From: Schmidtea nova
Taxonomy: Eukaryota
DNA: 64,000 bases
Reading direction: 5' to 3'
Assembly (NCBI GenBank): GCA_044892505.1
Contig: CM097883.1
Span: forward strand, 204,414,001 to 204,478,000
Under the pieces are notes generated by a model. It had not been told where the DNA came from, ran no database searches, and saw only the letters and a program-made list of their open reading frames with translations. Each line of letters begins with the position of its first letter. Position 1 is the stretch's first letter. This document shows positions 1-13,743 of this stretch, piece by piece. The position numbers were made by a program, and so were the translations under genes.

Positions 1-589
1 GTTCTTTTTTTTCCGCCCACGCATGAGTCATAATGTCTTTGTTCCCGGCTCCACACATCTACCTACTCGCTTATTTATCCTATTTCAAAGTATATAAAAT
101 TTTATTTATATTTTAACATTTTATCTTTTAAAATTTTGCCGAGGCCTTGACAACAGTAGCGATTGTTACAGAAAAATCTAAATTTCAAACCTTTAAGTTT
201 CCTTATTGGTTGAAAGTATAGAAATTCTCTATTTTAAATATTGTATTAGGAGTTAAAACATTCCTTATTTAATTAAATAATTCGAAATAAACAAATAAAA
301 TCCATATGGTAAATTTTCCATTTGCAAATCCAATATTACTTAAATTCTATTAGGTATATTATATTATAGGAAATTTTCGGTTTTGTTACCCCAACAGTCA
401 GTAATTAAGGGCCAAAAGACACTTAATACAGGCAATTGGTATTTATTAATTACTTATTTTTTTAATTTAATTTTTTAACTATGTATGTAAGCTATTTTAG
501 CATATTTTAAATTTATTTAATATTTTAAGTTAAATACCAATTTATTTTATCTAGATATTTTTTAGATAATTATGAAATACAGAAAAAAA

Positions 590-900
590 TAAGTCTTTAT
601 AGTTTTAGCAGCTTATCTTTTAAACATCTGGATATTGCTTTTGTGTATACATTGCAGCTAATTGTATCCAAGAAGTTTTTCATTTCTTCCAAAGTAGTCC
701 AATAATTGTGATCCACAAACTCATTTCATTATGTTCCATTTTCTTCAATTATTAGGCTAACATGTTACCTGCCTCTTTTTCCTGCCGTAAGAATGCCAGT
801 TTTTTCTACCTCGACACTATGACTTTAATACATTTAGGTTCAAAACCCATTTTCCGGCCAAATTCTTCATATTTGTCACGCCGTTTCATTACTTCTTTTA
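590..900 (-). pseudogene. Degenerate Tc1/IS630-like transposase N-terminal (HTH) remnant
   Basis: Stop-ridden minus-strand translation VEKTGILTAGKRG...EFVDHNYWTTLEEMKNFL...AISRCL parallels the N-terminus of the Tc1 ORF at 39785-40171 (EKTGKTELKNKGG...NSQFTLNEIK). Confidence 0.4.
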
Positions 901-3900
901 GTAATTTTTTGTCATGTTCAGAATATTGATTAAAATTTTAAATTAAAAATTAAAATTTGTTTTACGTTTTTCAATTTTTCGATAGGTTCGGTATGGGATC
1001 TCTGGATGTAGCATGCTGGATATGAAATATCAATGAATGAGGCGTCGAAATTTGAATGGATGTATGGATGAATAAATTCTCATGTGTAATATTAGGTGTG
1101 GATGCTGATTGCTGACTGTAATGATTAGATGAATTTGTAAACATGGATGTTGTGAGATGCAAGGGAATTGTGTTACTGGATGTTGAGATGTGCAAGTGTT
1201 TATATTATGGGATGTTGTGCTTTGCAATGAATTTGTGACATTATATATTGTAACTGCAACTTTATAATTAAATACTTTTAAAGGTTTAATAAAATATTTT
1301 TCAGTGTCAAGATTGCATGTAAGAGATGAGATCGGATGAAATGAGTAGTTCAACAATGGATGTGTTTGAGTGAGTCCCTATGTGAAATTTCTGGATGTAA
1401 CATGCTGATGGGTGTTAATGAATGAAATAATATAGTGAAGTGCCTCCGTAATTTATCTATTATTTATATATTAAAAGTCAACTAAAATTTAATTAAATAT
1501 ATTTTTAATTATATCACATTATATATAGATTAAAATAAAACATCAATATATAATTGTTGTTTAAAAAAAGGAGATTTGGTTTTTAAGAGGAGAGAAAAAT
1601 AGGGAGTTTAAAAAGAAGTACGAAAAAGCAAGCCATTTGTAAAGCACTGTATACTTAAAAGCAATAATTCTCATAGCAGTATTAAAAGAAGAAATTTAAA
1701 TCAATAATTCTCGAAGCAGATTTAAAAGAAAAAATTTAAATTTAAATTTTAAATCCTACAAGTTTCCCAATAGTTCAACAATGAATATTTTAATGAAATA
1801 TATTTTATATCTCGTTTTATCAATTTTTGATTTAGTTGCGTTCACTAAATATAGTTTGTGTGTATTTGTAGATGAATAGATTGTCTGGTGTGGTGTTGAA
1901 TATAGATAGTGTTAATGAGTAATATGGATTTATTACTTTGCGAAGAATGTTTTATGGATTATTACTAGTTTTTAGGTGGGGTAATTTATGAAATGATGAA
2001 TGTATATATAAAATAATTTACTAATTTTATGAAATCGTAAACTGATTTTAATATTTATAAATTTTTCTAAGTAAATTGAGATCAATTAAATTTAGAATTT
2101 TTAAAATTCATATTGCAACAAAATTTACAATTTATAGATTTCCTATGCAAATTAAAAAGCATTTAAATTTAAATTTTTATAAAATTTATAAAAGAATATA
2201 ATTATAATAAACTTTTATATATTATAATTTAAATTTTCTAAATAAATCAATTTCAGGAGTGAGTGATATTGATTTATTACTTTATGGATATATTACTTTG
2301 CAAAGAATGTATAATACAAAATTTACAATAAAATTTCCAATTTTTAATTCCTCCATAAAAACTGGATATATTTACCAAAACAAAAATTTTAAAAATTTAA
2401 AAATGATGGAAGTTTTAGATTCAGAATTTTCATACAATTACAAATTTAATTTAATTTTTCACAACATAGTGTTTTCAATAATAGTTTTTGGAAAATTTTA
2501 ACTTCGACCGTATGTGAATTTTCCAAGCAAAGTTTACACGAATATTTTGAGACACTTCACTTGAAAACTTCAGATACCCGAAATTATAGTTCAATTAAAT
2601 AATTTTTATGAAAAATTCTTCGATTAAAATGAGGTTCAACTAAATAAAATCAATTATTGTTCATATAATCTAATACGATCTAAGCATTTCTATCAATCTT
2701 TGAGCTGCTATTTTAAATAGTTTCATTATTTCGATTTTCAAACGATTTTGAAACTTCTTTCGTGATGAGATGGAAAAGATGTACATGTGAGCTCAGGCAA
2801 ATTACGAATTGGATGTATTTGTGTCAACGATTTTTATCGTGATAAAGGTATCTAGATCAATGTCGATTGATAAATGAGTATCATATTGCGCTGAATTATT
2901 AGTTTTCATCTTTGAATAATAAATGACATGTGTCTTGCAAGATATAATCTAGATAAAAATACACTATTAAAAATCGATTATCATTAGTATAGTAAATTGC
3001 CCTTGGACTGTTACCAACATCAGTGTATGGGATGAAGTGATTATGGACGTGTGGGCTTCACCTAAAATAGAAATATGGGCTGACCAGTTGACTCCCTCAA
3101 ATCAGCAGCGATCCACCAAGACTACTTCCATCAGTACAGCTCGTGGCCGGACTGACTTCAGAATGTATGGAAGATCAGAAAAATTTATTTAGATATAATA
3201 ATCATGTAATCAATAGTTCGGTAAAATATTTGGTGGCATGGTTTCATGTAACAAAGTATAATAGTAAAAATAATAATAAAAACAAATTTTATAAATAAGT
3301 TAGCTTAAAATAAAGTTAAAAAAATAAGTTAGCTTAAAATAAAATCAAAAATTAAAAACGGTATAAATTGAAATATCTATAATTATATGCAAATCGTAAT
3401 AAAATAAAGTACATATGAGTTATAACATAAAGTAAAATAATAAAGAGAAAATAACCATCAAGGCTAGTAAAGCATGATCACCAACCATGCTTTAAAATCA
3501 CTGAATCTACCTAAATGTTAATAAATTCTTTTTTTTCGAACGGCAATGGCTCTCGTGAGATTCCCTCGACAAGAAGCTGGATTGTCAATGAGTTGGTTTG
3601 GACTCGTGTAAGATTGGTCCGCCTGTTTGGGATCGAGAATGCGGAGTTAACTGATTCGTTTTTTGTTTCACGGTGTTGTCTCAAAATCTCTGTTTTCGAG
3701 TCCGGTTCCAGATACTTCAGGATTGATTTTGACTTTCGAGTTAAAGTGGTAAACCTTCTGATAAGTAGGATTGTCTCTTGAAAATTTTTCAGGGCTCCGT
3801 CTAATAAGTTAGTACCAGCTGGTAGTTAAAAATTTCTTTTTAAAATCTTCTAAGAAAAATTTTTCGAGAAACCTTTTAGCAAATTCTGGTGGATTCCATT

Positions 3901-6900
3901 TTGATGGCGGTATTCATAGGGTGTTCTGTGTGTTGTTCTCATTGATGCAGTAAAAAAATTGTTCTAGAATGAATTTTCGATTTTTTCGAAAATTAGTTTT
4001 AACAATTTTAAGCAAAATCAAATTTTTATTTTTGCATAAATTTTTAATAAAACTTTAAATAATTTATTTTTAATCCAAAATTTTACTTCTGAATTAAAGT
4101 TTTTCTTAATTTAGTTTAATTTGCTAATTTTTTAACTAAAACAACTTTCTTTCATATTTTATGAGTTTTTAAGATAGAAATTGAAATCTTCCTTCAAAAA
4201 ATATGTTAATTTTTCATTGTTTGTAATTTTATTACATAATTGATGTTTTTATGTTATAAATGTGTTTTTCATGTGTATATTTGTTGCGCTTTTGTTCATT
4301 AAAAATTTTTAAACGTATTTTATTTAATTATTTCGGTGTTTTGTGATTACTGTGTTTGACTTGTTGTTTTAGCTCATAAAATCTTAAATTTACTTGTGCG
4401 CTCTCTACGTGCCGTGTTATCCCTTCATTCAAACAATTCTCAGTTTTTGCTCAACATAAAACACTCGGTGCCCGCAAAAATTGCACCCGAAATTTTTCAG
4501 AGGTGTTTAGAATCAATACTAATAAAAGATCAAAAAGTGTTACATTATACACGAGATACTTGATCTGATCATGCCTTCGCGTATAACAAAAATAGGAAGT
4601 GATAAAAAGTTCATACGTTTGCATCAATAGGATTCTACATTGACTCGCATTCAAAAAATAAAAATTTTAAAGATATGTGCCTACAACAGCATAACTAAAG
4701 TTTGATGAGTCTACAGCGACTCGGATCAAAGTTTAATGATTAACTTTCTGGTTGAATTGGTTAAGTTTTCGATTGAAATGATTTGGTCATTTCATTGTTT
4801 GTATTGGTATCGATTGGTTGTTTGTTGCAATTTTCACTTCAAGACTGTTTAGGGATTAGTTTTTTTAATTTAGACTATTTATCAGTACTTCAGTGATCAG
4901 ACATAACCATATTATATTCCACAGATTCCAATTATCAAAGCAATGCCAAGGATTGGTTAAGAAGATAAGAAGGGTATTTTGCCATCGTCATTGTTTTTAT
5001 TGTTCTCGGGTTTTGGTCAATCTTTTATGTGGTCGTGAGTTTTTTTTATTAGCGAAATACTTTCTTGATGAGCCTTCTTTAGTTGTTTTACGATTTGAAT
5101 ATCTATTTCGGAAATCTGTTGAGACACGTTATAATGCAATTGATAGATTTTTCCTAAGTTTTTAAAATGTGTCAAATTTGTTGTTAACGCTTGTATAATT
5201 TGGGTCAGTTGGTGAGATAACATTTCAACGTATTTTTTGAATTCATTTTTTAAGTTCTTCAGTAAGTCTAGGGTTTCTTGATCGTTTTCATAAATGATTT
5301 CATAGATGTCTTTAATTGCCAATTCTCCTGATATTATTTGGAAGACTCTCTTTAGCTCTGAAAGTTTGTGATTCTGATTAGAAAGGGTATTTTGGATTTC
5401 GTTCTTTACTTGCTCGATCTTTTTGGATATTTGTTAATTAAAGAAGATTTCGGTTGTTTCTTTATTGCATTGTGAATTTGGGCTTGATTGGCTTGATTTC
5501 TGGGTTTCTCCGAGATGGAAGTATATTGGTGTGACTATGGCGATTAAGACAATTTTTTCTACGATTTCATTGTTTGATTGTTGGTCGGGTTTCTAATAGC
5601 ATGAAAGTTTGAATAAGAATAGATAAGTAATAATATTTTCTATTTACAAAGGTGTTACGATTTTACACAGCATTTTGATTTATCAATGACGAAATGATTG
5701 TTTATGATGAGAATAACAAATAAATTGATGAGAATAATAAGTATATAGATGAGAATAATAAATAAATATATATAAGAATAATAAATGGATTGTCAAATGA
5801 GGGATACTGTAATAATAATGTTTGTAGAAGTAGTTCGTCTGTGCAGAGGTTGTAGATATCTGAGGGTTAGGTTGCTTAGGGACTGAGTCTTTGAAAACTG
5901 ATTTGAGAAAATTCTCTGAAGGGTTTGCATTTTCATGTTTGATTTATTTCAGGGTGTTCAGCTGGATCTTTGCTTTTTCTAGTTTCATTTTTTATAATCC
6001 AACTGATGCGATAATACTAAAGATCATTATGACTGCGAAAATACTGATGCCTTGTAAAACGACTGTAATGACTGCTTCTCATTCTCCTACAGCTTCGTTG
6101 GTTGATTCTTGTTTCAGTTGGGTTTCTTTTTGTTTCTCAGATGGAATTAATTGTTTGATGATTTTTTCGGTTTGATGAAGTTGTTTTTTAACTTTTGGTT
6201 CAGTTCCTCTGTCAGGCTCGATCTTTCTTCACTGACTTCATCCTTCTGGTCTAGGGATCTCTCTATTAAGCTTTTCAATTTCTTCAATTCTGTTGTTAAC
6301 TGTTTGAACAAGGATTGATTTTTAAGCTGTCTTTTTATTTGAATGTTTTTCTTTTTAGTTAGGGATATTTGTAATTTTATGAGTTTTTGGGTTTCATTTT
6401 TCAGCTGTTTAAGTATAGGGATTGAATCTTCTCTCGGTTGGGAACATTGTTCGCATTGCAGTTGGATGTGTTGAAACTCATCGTTTCAGCAAAGACAAAT
6501 TTCTTGATAGCTTGCACAGATGCTATCGGATCTTCTAAATAGATGACTTGATTGACATAGACTCAGTCGTTCTTCATTTTGATAATTTGATATGGTATGA
6601 ATTATGATAATTGTTACGATCCTCAGAAGACTGTTCATTTTCCATTGGATTACAGATTTAATTTTTACTTCGCTGATTTTTCAAAATTTTCGTTATATTT
6701 ACAGGGATATTTACATGAGATATTTTTTGTTAGATATTATTCTTTTATCTCTTCATTTAAAATCAAAGTGCTTTCTGTTTTCCAATTACCCAGTTTTGCA
6801 ATTTCATTTGCTTCTTTTCGTCTCTGCTCTTTGAGGACGTAATTATTTGCCGTTTTAATTTCTACAACTTTATTTGCTTTGAATGTATCGAATCTCGCTT

Positions 6901-9277
6901 CTATAATTTCACTTTTTAATTTTATTATTTGTTTCTCTCTTTTGATGATCTTTTTCTGTTTGCTTTTCAGTGATCGTTGTAATGAGTCGATTTTAATTCT
7001 CATTTTATTATCAATGTTCTGTTAACTGCTTATTTTTCTCTTGAGATTATCAATCTCTTGTTTCTGTCTGTCACAATATCTTTGTGTTAAGCCATTTTGT
7101 TGACGGAAAATGTAGTTTTCTCTTTTATTTATTTCAATCGTCTCACACTCTTGTTCTATTTGTGCCATGTATTTTCTATCTTCTCATGATTTATTTCAGT
7201 TGATTTATTTTATCTTGATAATACTGTTCAGTTTCTTTTTTTCCATCTTTTGAATCTCTCTTTTGATCTTGTTTAATGCTCTTATTTTGATCTCTGTCTC
7301 AATAATCTCATGTTTCTATAATTTTAATTTCTCATAACTCTTTTTTACAATTTTTATTAAATTTTGTTTTTATCATTTTTATCATTTTTCTAGTTTTTAT
7401 TTGTTTTCATTTTTTCTATTTTTTATTGATTTTAGGGTTTGTCTTTCTAATTTTTATTCATTGCATTTTTTAAACTTTTTATTTTTACATTTCTTTATAA
7501 ACCTTTTTTCTTTTTCACTTTACATTGTCTTTCCATTGTCTGCACAAACGTCTCTTTATTTTCTCCGAACCCTTCATCTTCGATTTGAGGAATTTCTTGC
7601 CATAATGCCACAGGATATATCGGCACTGGATATAGTGACCACATGACTATTGGATGTTGCCTTCGCAAATTTTGAACTTCCTCCTTTAAAATTCTGGAAG
7701 CTTCTATCAACTCGTCCAGCAAATATGTCACATAATCAAGCTCCTCGTTCAATTGTTCTTTTTCTATTTCGAGCTCTATCGTATTCTCCAGGTCATTTAG
7801 TCTCTTAATTTCTCTTTCGTAATGTTGGCGATTTTCTTCCAAACTCTGGATTGCCATTGCCATTTCAATTTCATATTGTGATTGCTGGATTGCTTTTTCA
7901 CATTCAGCCTTTACTTCTTCTATCAGCCGTCGTTGGTGTTGGATGAAAATATATCTTTGTGTGTTTGTACCACGATATCCGTTGACTTCATGGTTTGCAA
8001 TAGTCAGTTGGATGGTCAGCTACTCGACATTTCGATTATCCATGACCTTTTGTTCATTATACTGTCTATTTTCAAATTCCTTGTATTTGATACGAGCTGT
8101 CTGATTCCTTGGAAATTTCATTCTCCTTTAGTTTCACTCGGTTTTCCGTTGAACTTGACGTTTTAATTATTCATTTTCTATCTCTTGTTTTTCGGCATTT
8201 CCCCATAATTCTACTTCATTTATCGTCATTAATTTCCATGGGAATTAGTAGTTCATCTCGAGTTCCTTTCTAGGTCTTTTTCCATTTTCTGGCTTGCTCT
8301 TTTAGCCACCTTATTTGATGGTTGACACTTCGTTCTCTGATCTGTCCGCTCGTGTTCAACTGGAAAACTTTTTTTCTAAGTTTTCAGTCTCTTCATGGTA
8401 TATGTTTGCATACCACTGGTACTCTCCTTTCAAGGCTTTGACTTGAACATCCCCCCGTCCTAATAATTCTTCGTGTAGAATTCTTACGTGTCGAGTCATT
8501 TCCATTAAATCTCAGTATTCTTGTTTCCACCTCCTAGCTTCTGCTTTTACCATTCTAATGACCTTTTCCTGTTCGTTTTCAGGCTCAATGTCCCTTGTTC
8601 TCACTTTTAGTTTCTTTTGAGGTTGTCCTCTCAAGGCAAATACTTCATCAAGACACTTTTCCCATTTCTCCTTTGTGGTTTTGCATCTACTTCTTTCGCT
8701 TTCAATTTCCTGCTGATAAAATCTTATCGTATTATCGTATCTCCTTTCGGTATCCGTTTATATATTTCGAGTTCTTCTTTTCTTAACCGTGCTTGATTTT
8801 TCAGCGGTGCTATTTTTCATTGTTTTTACTCGAGTTTTTTCTCAATTTCCTCATATTCTAAATTTAGGTTTTCGAGTTCGAGTTCGATTTGTGCCTTTTC
8901 ACTAATTAGTTTCTGTAGTTCATCATTTTCTTTCTTTAACATTTTTATATCTTGAGTTCGTTGTTCCACTATTTTGATATTACCTTGGATCTCTTCTATT
9001 CGCTCTTCGCTGTTTTCCATTTGTTTCATTTGTGCTTGTCTTTTAATTATCTCCTGATCCAAGACATAAATCAATTGTTGCATATCCATTCTAAAATAAT
9101 AATAACATTCATACTTTCTTTTCCTTTTCATTTTGGTTTTTCATGCTTATGAAATAATACTTGTATACATCGATTGAATTTAAAAATCTTTACAATTTAT
9201 TTACAAGGTTGTTTTGTTAGATGATATTACTGATTGGCATAGTGGAACCCTTTGACCCGTTTGTCGACTGATTTTCT

Positions 9278-9382
9278 ACACATTGAGCACAATTTTAATT
9301 TTTTGCTACATTTTTCACATGCTAATAGATGTCCGAATGGTAAATGAATGACTTCCACTTTCTTTACCCAACAGATTGAACA
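9278..9382 (-). pseudogene. IAP-type C3HC4 RING finger
   Basis: CSICWVKKVEVIHLPFGHLLACEKCSKKLKLCSMCR matches the IAP C-terminal RING pattern (CxxC...PCGH...CxxC...CxxCR). PFGH is one base change (TTC/TGC) from PCGH. Not in the supplied ORF track. Confidence 0.85.
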
Positions 9383-9669
9383 TGGGTGTTTGTTTAATAT
9401 AACTTTCTTGATACATGATTTTGGGTTGACGATTTGGTATTTTCTTGTAAATTAAATGATTGCTTTAAATAATTCTAAGGTTGATCCAAATGTATCTACA
9501 TTCTCAATCTTTATTTAATAACGTCTTTCATCAATATTTTACTTTTACCCATACGCTCCATTGCTTTTTGAGTTCGTGGTTCATCCAATGTCTTTTCTGC
9601 CAATGTTTCATTAAAAGTCATCTTCAGAGTTTTGTAATTGATCAGTTCTTCATCCTCATATAGTTCTTC

Positions 9670-9830
9670 TCCAAATTTAGAGTGTTCGTTATATTTCATG
9701 TATTCTTCTTCTTCTTTTGGTAATTAATATTTTATTCCACACTCTGAACATTCAGTGTTTGATTCATCTAATGCATAAAATCCTTCTATCGCTAATCTGA
9801 TACCCATCTTTTTGTCTTCAAAAGTGTTGG
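9670..9830 (-). pseudogene. Second, degenerate BIR-like repeat
   Basis: TFEDKKMGIRLAIEGFYALDESNTECSECGIKY*LPKEEEEYMKYNEH keeps the TF...LA.EGFY...CxxC...EH pattern but has an internal stop and no final Cys. Confidence 0.55.
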
Positions 9831-9870
9831 CGTTTCCATTTATTGTTTCTCTTAGATCAACTGTTATGAA

Positions 9871-10281
9871 TCATATTTCTACTGGGCCTATTGGTTTTAT
9901 CGTTGATATAATAGGATTTTCTCTTTCCTTGTTTTTCACAGTCGATAGTTTCGTTGGGTTTTCACATATCTTTAACACAAAATGGCATGTCGGTGAAAGT
10001 TTTCCGTGCTCTTGTCGTGGATCATCATTAATTCTCCAGGGTTCTATTTCAATTCTACAAAATACACAAATTATTTTATCAGGTTTCTCAATTGTTCCCG
10101 CAAAATATAAGCCATCTTTGGCGAGTTTTCTGTACTGATTCTCTGGGAAATAATCTTGTTTCAAAAAAGTTATATATGTTCGGTTTTCACTTCTTAATGT
10201 TTCATCAATTATTTTTAATTCTCCATGGTTTATTTCCTTGGGTATATTCGGCATTGTTCGTGCAAATCGGTAATAAATCAA
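9871..10281 (-). CDS. BIR (baculoviral IAP repeat) domain ORF fragment
   Basis: R..TF...LAKDGLYF...DKIICVFCRIEIEPWRINDDPRQEHGKLSPTCHF has exact CX2CX16HX6C spacing; domain about 9976-10194. Confidence 0.9.
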   Translation of the reverse strand: MIYYRFARTMPNIPKEINHGELKIIDETLRSENRTYITFLKQDYFPENQYRKLAKDGLYFAGTIEKPDKIICVFCRIEIEPWRINDDPRQEHGKLSPTCHFVLKICENPTKLSTVKNKERENPIISTIKPIGPVEI

Positions 10282-10639
10282 CTTTTAGGTAATTGGGTTT
10301 GATATCTCTTCTTTATCTCTTTTCATTAATTCACATAAACCTTTGAATGATCAGTCATCATCTTGTTTTCTCGCAATCTTTCTTTCTGTCAACATATCTA
10401 CAATATTTTCTACATTAAATTTTCCACAATTCTTGTTTTTTTATATTTACAAAGTTTTTGTTTTTCTCATTTTTATTTGATTTTTGACTTTTCTCATTTT
10501 TATGTTTTTTTGTTATGTTTTTATGATTTTCTATATTTTCTTTTTGTACATTATAATATAAGTATTTCATTAGCATACAAACATATTTACAACTTTTCAT
10601 CTTCACTACGGCTTTCTTTGTTTAATAAATAAAATGATT

Positions 10640-11160
10640 ATTCTATAGTTAATAAATCTAATGCTAATAAATCTTTATTCGCTGATAATTGTTTTTGGGC
10701 ATCCGTATCTCGCAGACCAGTTTAATTCTAGTTTTCTACAAATTGTTGCTGCTGAGATCTTTTTGGTTGGGATAGCCTCAAACCAGTTTATGTTTCGGTC
10801 GATTATTGTCAGTAGATATTTGTGTTTGTTGTTAGGTGGTTATGGATCAATTATGTCTATATGAATTGTTTGGAAGGGTTCTGTTTTAGGGAATTCAATT
10901 TTTGTTGTTATTTTGTTTTAATGGTAGTTTATACATGAATTCACGAATTCTTTGATGTCTTTCCTCATGTTTGACCATACCACTTTTGTGTGCAGAGTTT
11001 GTATGTGACTTTTGTTCTTGGCTGGTATATGTTGTGAAATTGTTTGATGATTTCGATTCTGTGTTCATCAGGTACTATTAGTCTTATGTTGTTTTCTATT
11101 GAGATATCGTGCCAAATTCCATCTATCTCTTTTAGAACTAACGAGTTGAGTTTTGGGAAG
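10640..11160 (-). pseudogene. Ty3/gypsy integrase remnant
   Basis: Manual minus-strand translation with stops/frameshifts: IWHDISIENNIRLIVPDEHRIEIIKQFHN...VVWSNMRKDIKEFVNSC...FQTIHIDII...YLLTIIDRNINWFEAIP...WSARYGCPKTIIS. It aligns motif by motif with the integrase of the intact Pol at 23962-27372. Confidence 0.85.
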
Positions 11161-11339
11161 TTTTTTATTGTTGTTTCTTACTTGTTTTTCATTGTTTTTT
11201 TAATTTCAAATTTTAATTTTAAATTGAAATTTTATTTTTAATTATTATTTAGTTTTCCTTATTAGCCAAAATTGGGGGTCACCTGAATCCTACAGAATTC
11301 CTCGGATAAAAATAACAACAATAATAATGAAAAAAAACA

Positions 11340-11486
11340 NNNNNNNNNNNNNNNNNNNNNNNNNNNNNNNNNNNNNNNNNNNNNNNNNNNNNNNNNNNNN
11401 NNNNNNNNNNNNNNNNNNNNNNNNNNNNNNNNNNNNNNNNNNNNNNNNNNNNNNNNNNNNNNNNNNNNNNNNNNNNNNNNNNNNNN
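11340..11486. other. Assembly gap (N run). Other gaps: 30039-30288, 36367-36607, 36809-36964, 55719-55850, 60820-60970
   Basis: Runs of n in the sequence. Confidence 1.
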
Positions 11487-13662
11487 ACACACACGTTAAC
11501 TACAAGCAAACGAAATTGTAATTGAACCTTTATATCTTTTAATTATTTCCTCAATAAATTAATGCTGGCATTCTGTGGCGGCTGATTTTTTCTGGTCTAA
11601 GAAATGTCCTTTGAATGCCTTTATAAATTGATTCCTAACGACTGTATACCCATGAGATCTCTAGCTATTTCATGTTGGAGATGTATACATCGGCGTAGAC
11701 CAAATTGGCAAGTTAGCGGCACTAAAAGCAACTACTCCATACTTGCATTCACTCGGGTTACTTAGCCGATAGAAGACCTTTCCTTTCCTTCCTCATTAAG
11801 TCACTACTTTGAGGTTGCCAAACGGTTAATTTATGTGAACGGGCAAATAAAAGTTTAAGTGAAAAAACATCACACGACGATTTATTATTATTAATTGGTC
11901 GTCTACCACAGTTTGATGTGCTCTCTCAGCTTTTGTATCTGATGTTTCATTTGGAATCGGAAGAAATAACGTTATAGGAGTTCAGAAAACTCCCTAGCTT
12001 GTCAGGCTATCGTAAGTCTTAAATGTGCAATTTCCTGGGCTCGTTGACTACTCTTACATTTAGAGTTGCTCCATAAATTGGGTTCGCAATTCATATTGCA
12101 AAGAAAAACATTGATTATTACTTTCTTAATATTTTCTTATTCACAAAGAAAAATTTCGCACAGGTTCTTATTCCTTCACTATTCGGGTATCTATTAGGGC
12201 AATCGTGAAATGATGAACAAACGCTAATAAATGATGAAATTTAATAAATAAATAACGTCTAACAACCGGACCAGCATATTATGAAACAACAATTGAAGTT
12301 AGTGTGCCCAAAATAACACTTTGATGGCGAATATATCGTGCATCCTGATGGTCGTTTTCCACTCTGTCTGATATATCTTTGTCCTCCCGGTGGGACAGGT
12401 AAGATTAAATGAAGTGAGGTCTGTTGATGGTTTGGCTAGATGAAGATGATGTGGCGGGACTAGAAGGATAATTCCGAGTCCGTCAAATTCATTTTGGGGT
12501 GTATCTTTATTTCGAAATCCCGACATTGAACGTAGGAGCGCGAACCATGTGTCAAACTTCGGAGAGTATCCCATTTCATAGTTCTCGGCTACTGTGGCCC
12601 TCCTCGCCACCAGATTTCATCGCCTATATTGAATTCCAAATTGAGAATGGGGCTCGAGATTTCAGAATGTTACGCTACTGCCGCAAATTTAGATCTAATT
12701 CTGTCGGAATTTAGGTAGGCAAAGGTTTGAGAAGTTTCAATACTCTCTGTATGAACGTATTTGATATATATCTCTCTGTATATATTTGATCATATATTCT
12801 CTGGAGGAACGTACATTCATCGTTACTAGACTCAGAAATCTCTGTTTCGGCTTTTACTATTCACGAAGTTTCGGAATACATTCTGAAGAAAATAAGTGAT
12901 TTAAGTTCGCAGTAGAGTTAGATATTCCAGAATGACTTTATGGTTCGAAAAGATATTATTATTAGTAAGTGATTTACAGTTGATCGAAGTTTATTAACAG
13001 TTATTGCGATTCGTCGATTAACTTGTTAATAACTACTGAGATCTGATTGACAGTGGTTACTGTTGAGTTACTGTTTAGATTCTTAGCTTATGATTCGATT
13101 TGTCTGCGTTTCTCGACACTTGCATTCGACTGCTGATGAATCGTAAACGGAAATTCTTTATCAGAAAATAACAAAATTCTCTCGCATTGGTGATTACCAC
13201 AATTTCTATTCAGTAAATATTTACGGAGTGTATGTTCTGCCAATTACGACCCGAATGTGGTTCATTCTTTGAATTTCGACTTGTCGATTATTATTAGATG
13301 AATGCGATATCGAATACTCCATTTGCAATTCACCCATTCTCCTCTTCCTTGTTAGTTTAATTATTTAGTGTCTTCACCGAGCCGCATAACTCTGAGAGTC
13401 ACGCCGGTGCTACTCAACCTCGTGGCTGCACAACACCAAAGTTGTTCAGCTATCAATTGATTTTACAGGGAAAAATGATGAGGTTTTACCTGACACATAA
13501 TATTCAATAACTAAAAATTCAATTTACCTTTTATTTCTCGATCCAAATGAAAATTAACACTAACTGGTGTTATCGTTAACAGCTATGGTTCAAAATTTCG
13601 AATGAGATATAATTGAAGTGTAAAGTACAACTCTCTTAACTTGACGCTGATAGTCAAGAATA

Positions 13663-13665
<3 letters not shown>

Positions 13666-13742
<77 letters not shown>
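13666..13742. repeat. (AT)n microsatellite
   Basis: About 38 uninterrupted AT units. Confidence 0.98.

Positions 13743-13743
<1 letters not shown>

Larger units (their letters stand above)
4900..11160 (-). mobile_element. Decayed 3' half of a large Ty3/gypsy-type (Burro-like) retroelement: integrase, BIR, BIR-like, RING, long coiled-coil and TM-like segments
   Basis: Integrase remnant is followed on the same strand by BIR and RING motifs and several frameshifted E/K/Q-rich coiled-coil ORFs (8826-9131, 7495-7863, 6737-7003, 5017-5322). The 5' part is lost near the N gap at 11340. Confidence 0.7.

Noticed and set aside
971-2501. Short ORFs and loosely repeated motifs in the first 2.5 kb
   Set aside because: Low-complexity degenerate repeats without coding or TE hallmarks.
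2700-3000. Possible cadherin-like remnant (ITIKIVDTN...) on the minus strand
   Set aside because: Only one partial motif; the DxNDN signature is missing.
3500-3950. Gag-like minus-strand fragment
   Set aside because: Similarity limited to a vague Q...ESV..F pattern; no knuckle or PBS found.
6420-6600. Cys/His-containing stretch considered as a MYND finger (reported for Burro elements)
   Set aside because: Ligand spacing does not fit in any frame.
11262-11521. ORFs crossing N gaps (also at 29942-30345, 36309-37063, 55645-56055, 60780-61045)
   Set aside because: They are open only because N codons cannot be stops.
11490-13580. Possible internally deleted LTR element (TGG PBS-like at ~13425-13438, integrase-tail-like FNIGDEIW...RSY)
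   Set aside because: No second LTR, TSD or convincing catalytic motif; too decayed to call.
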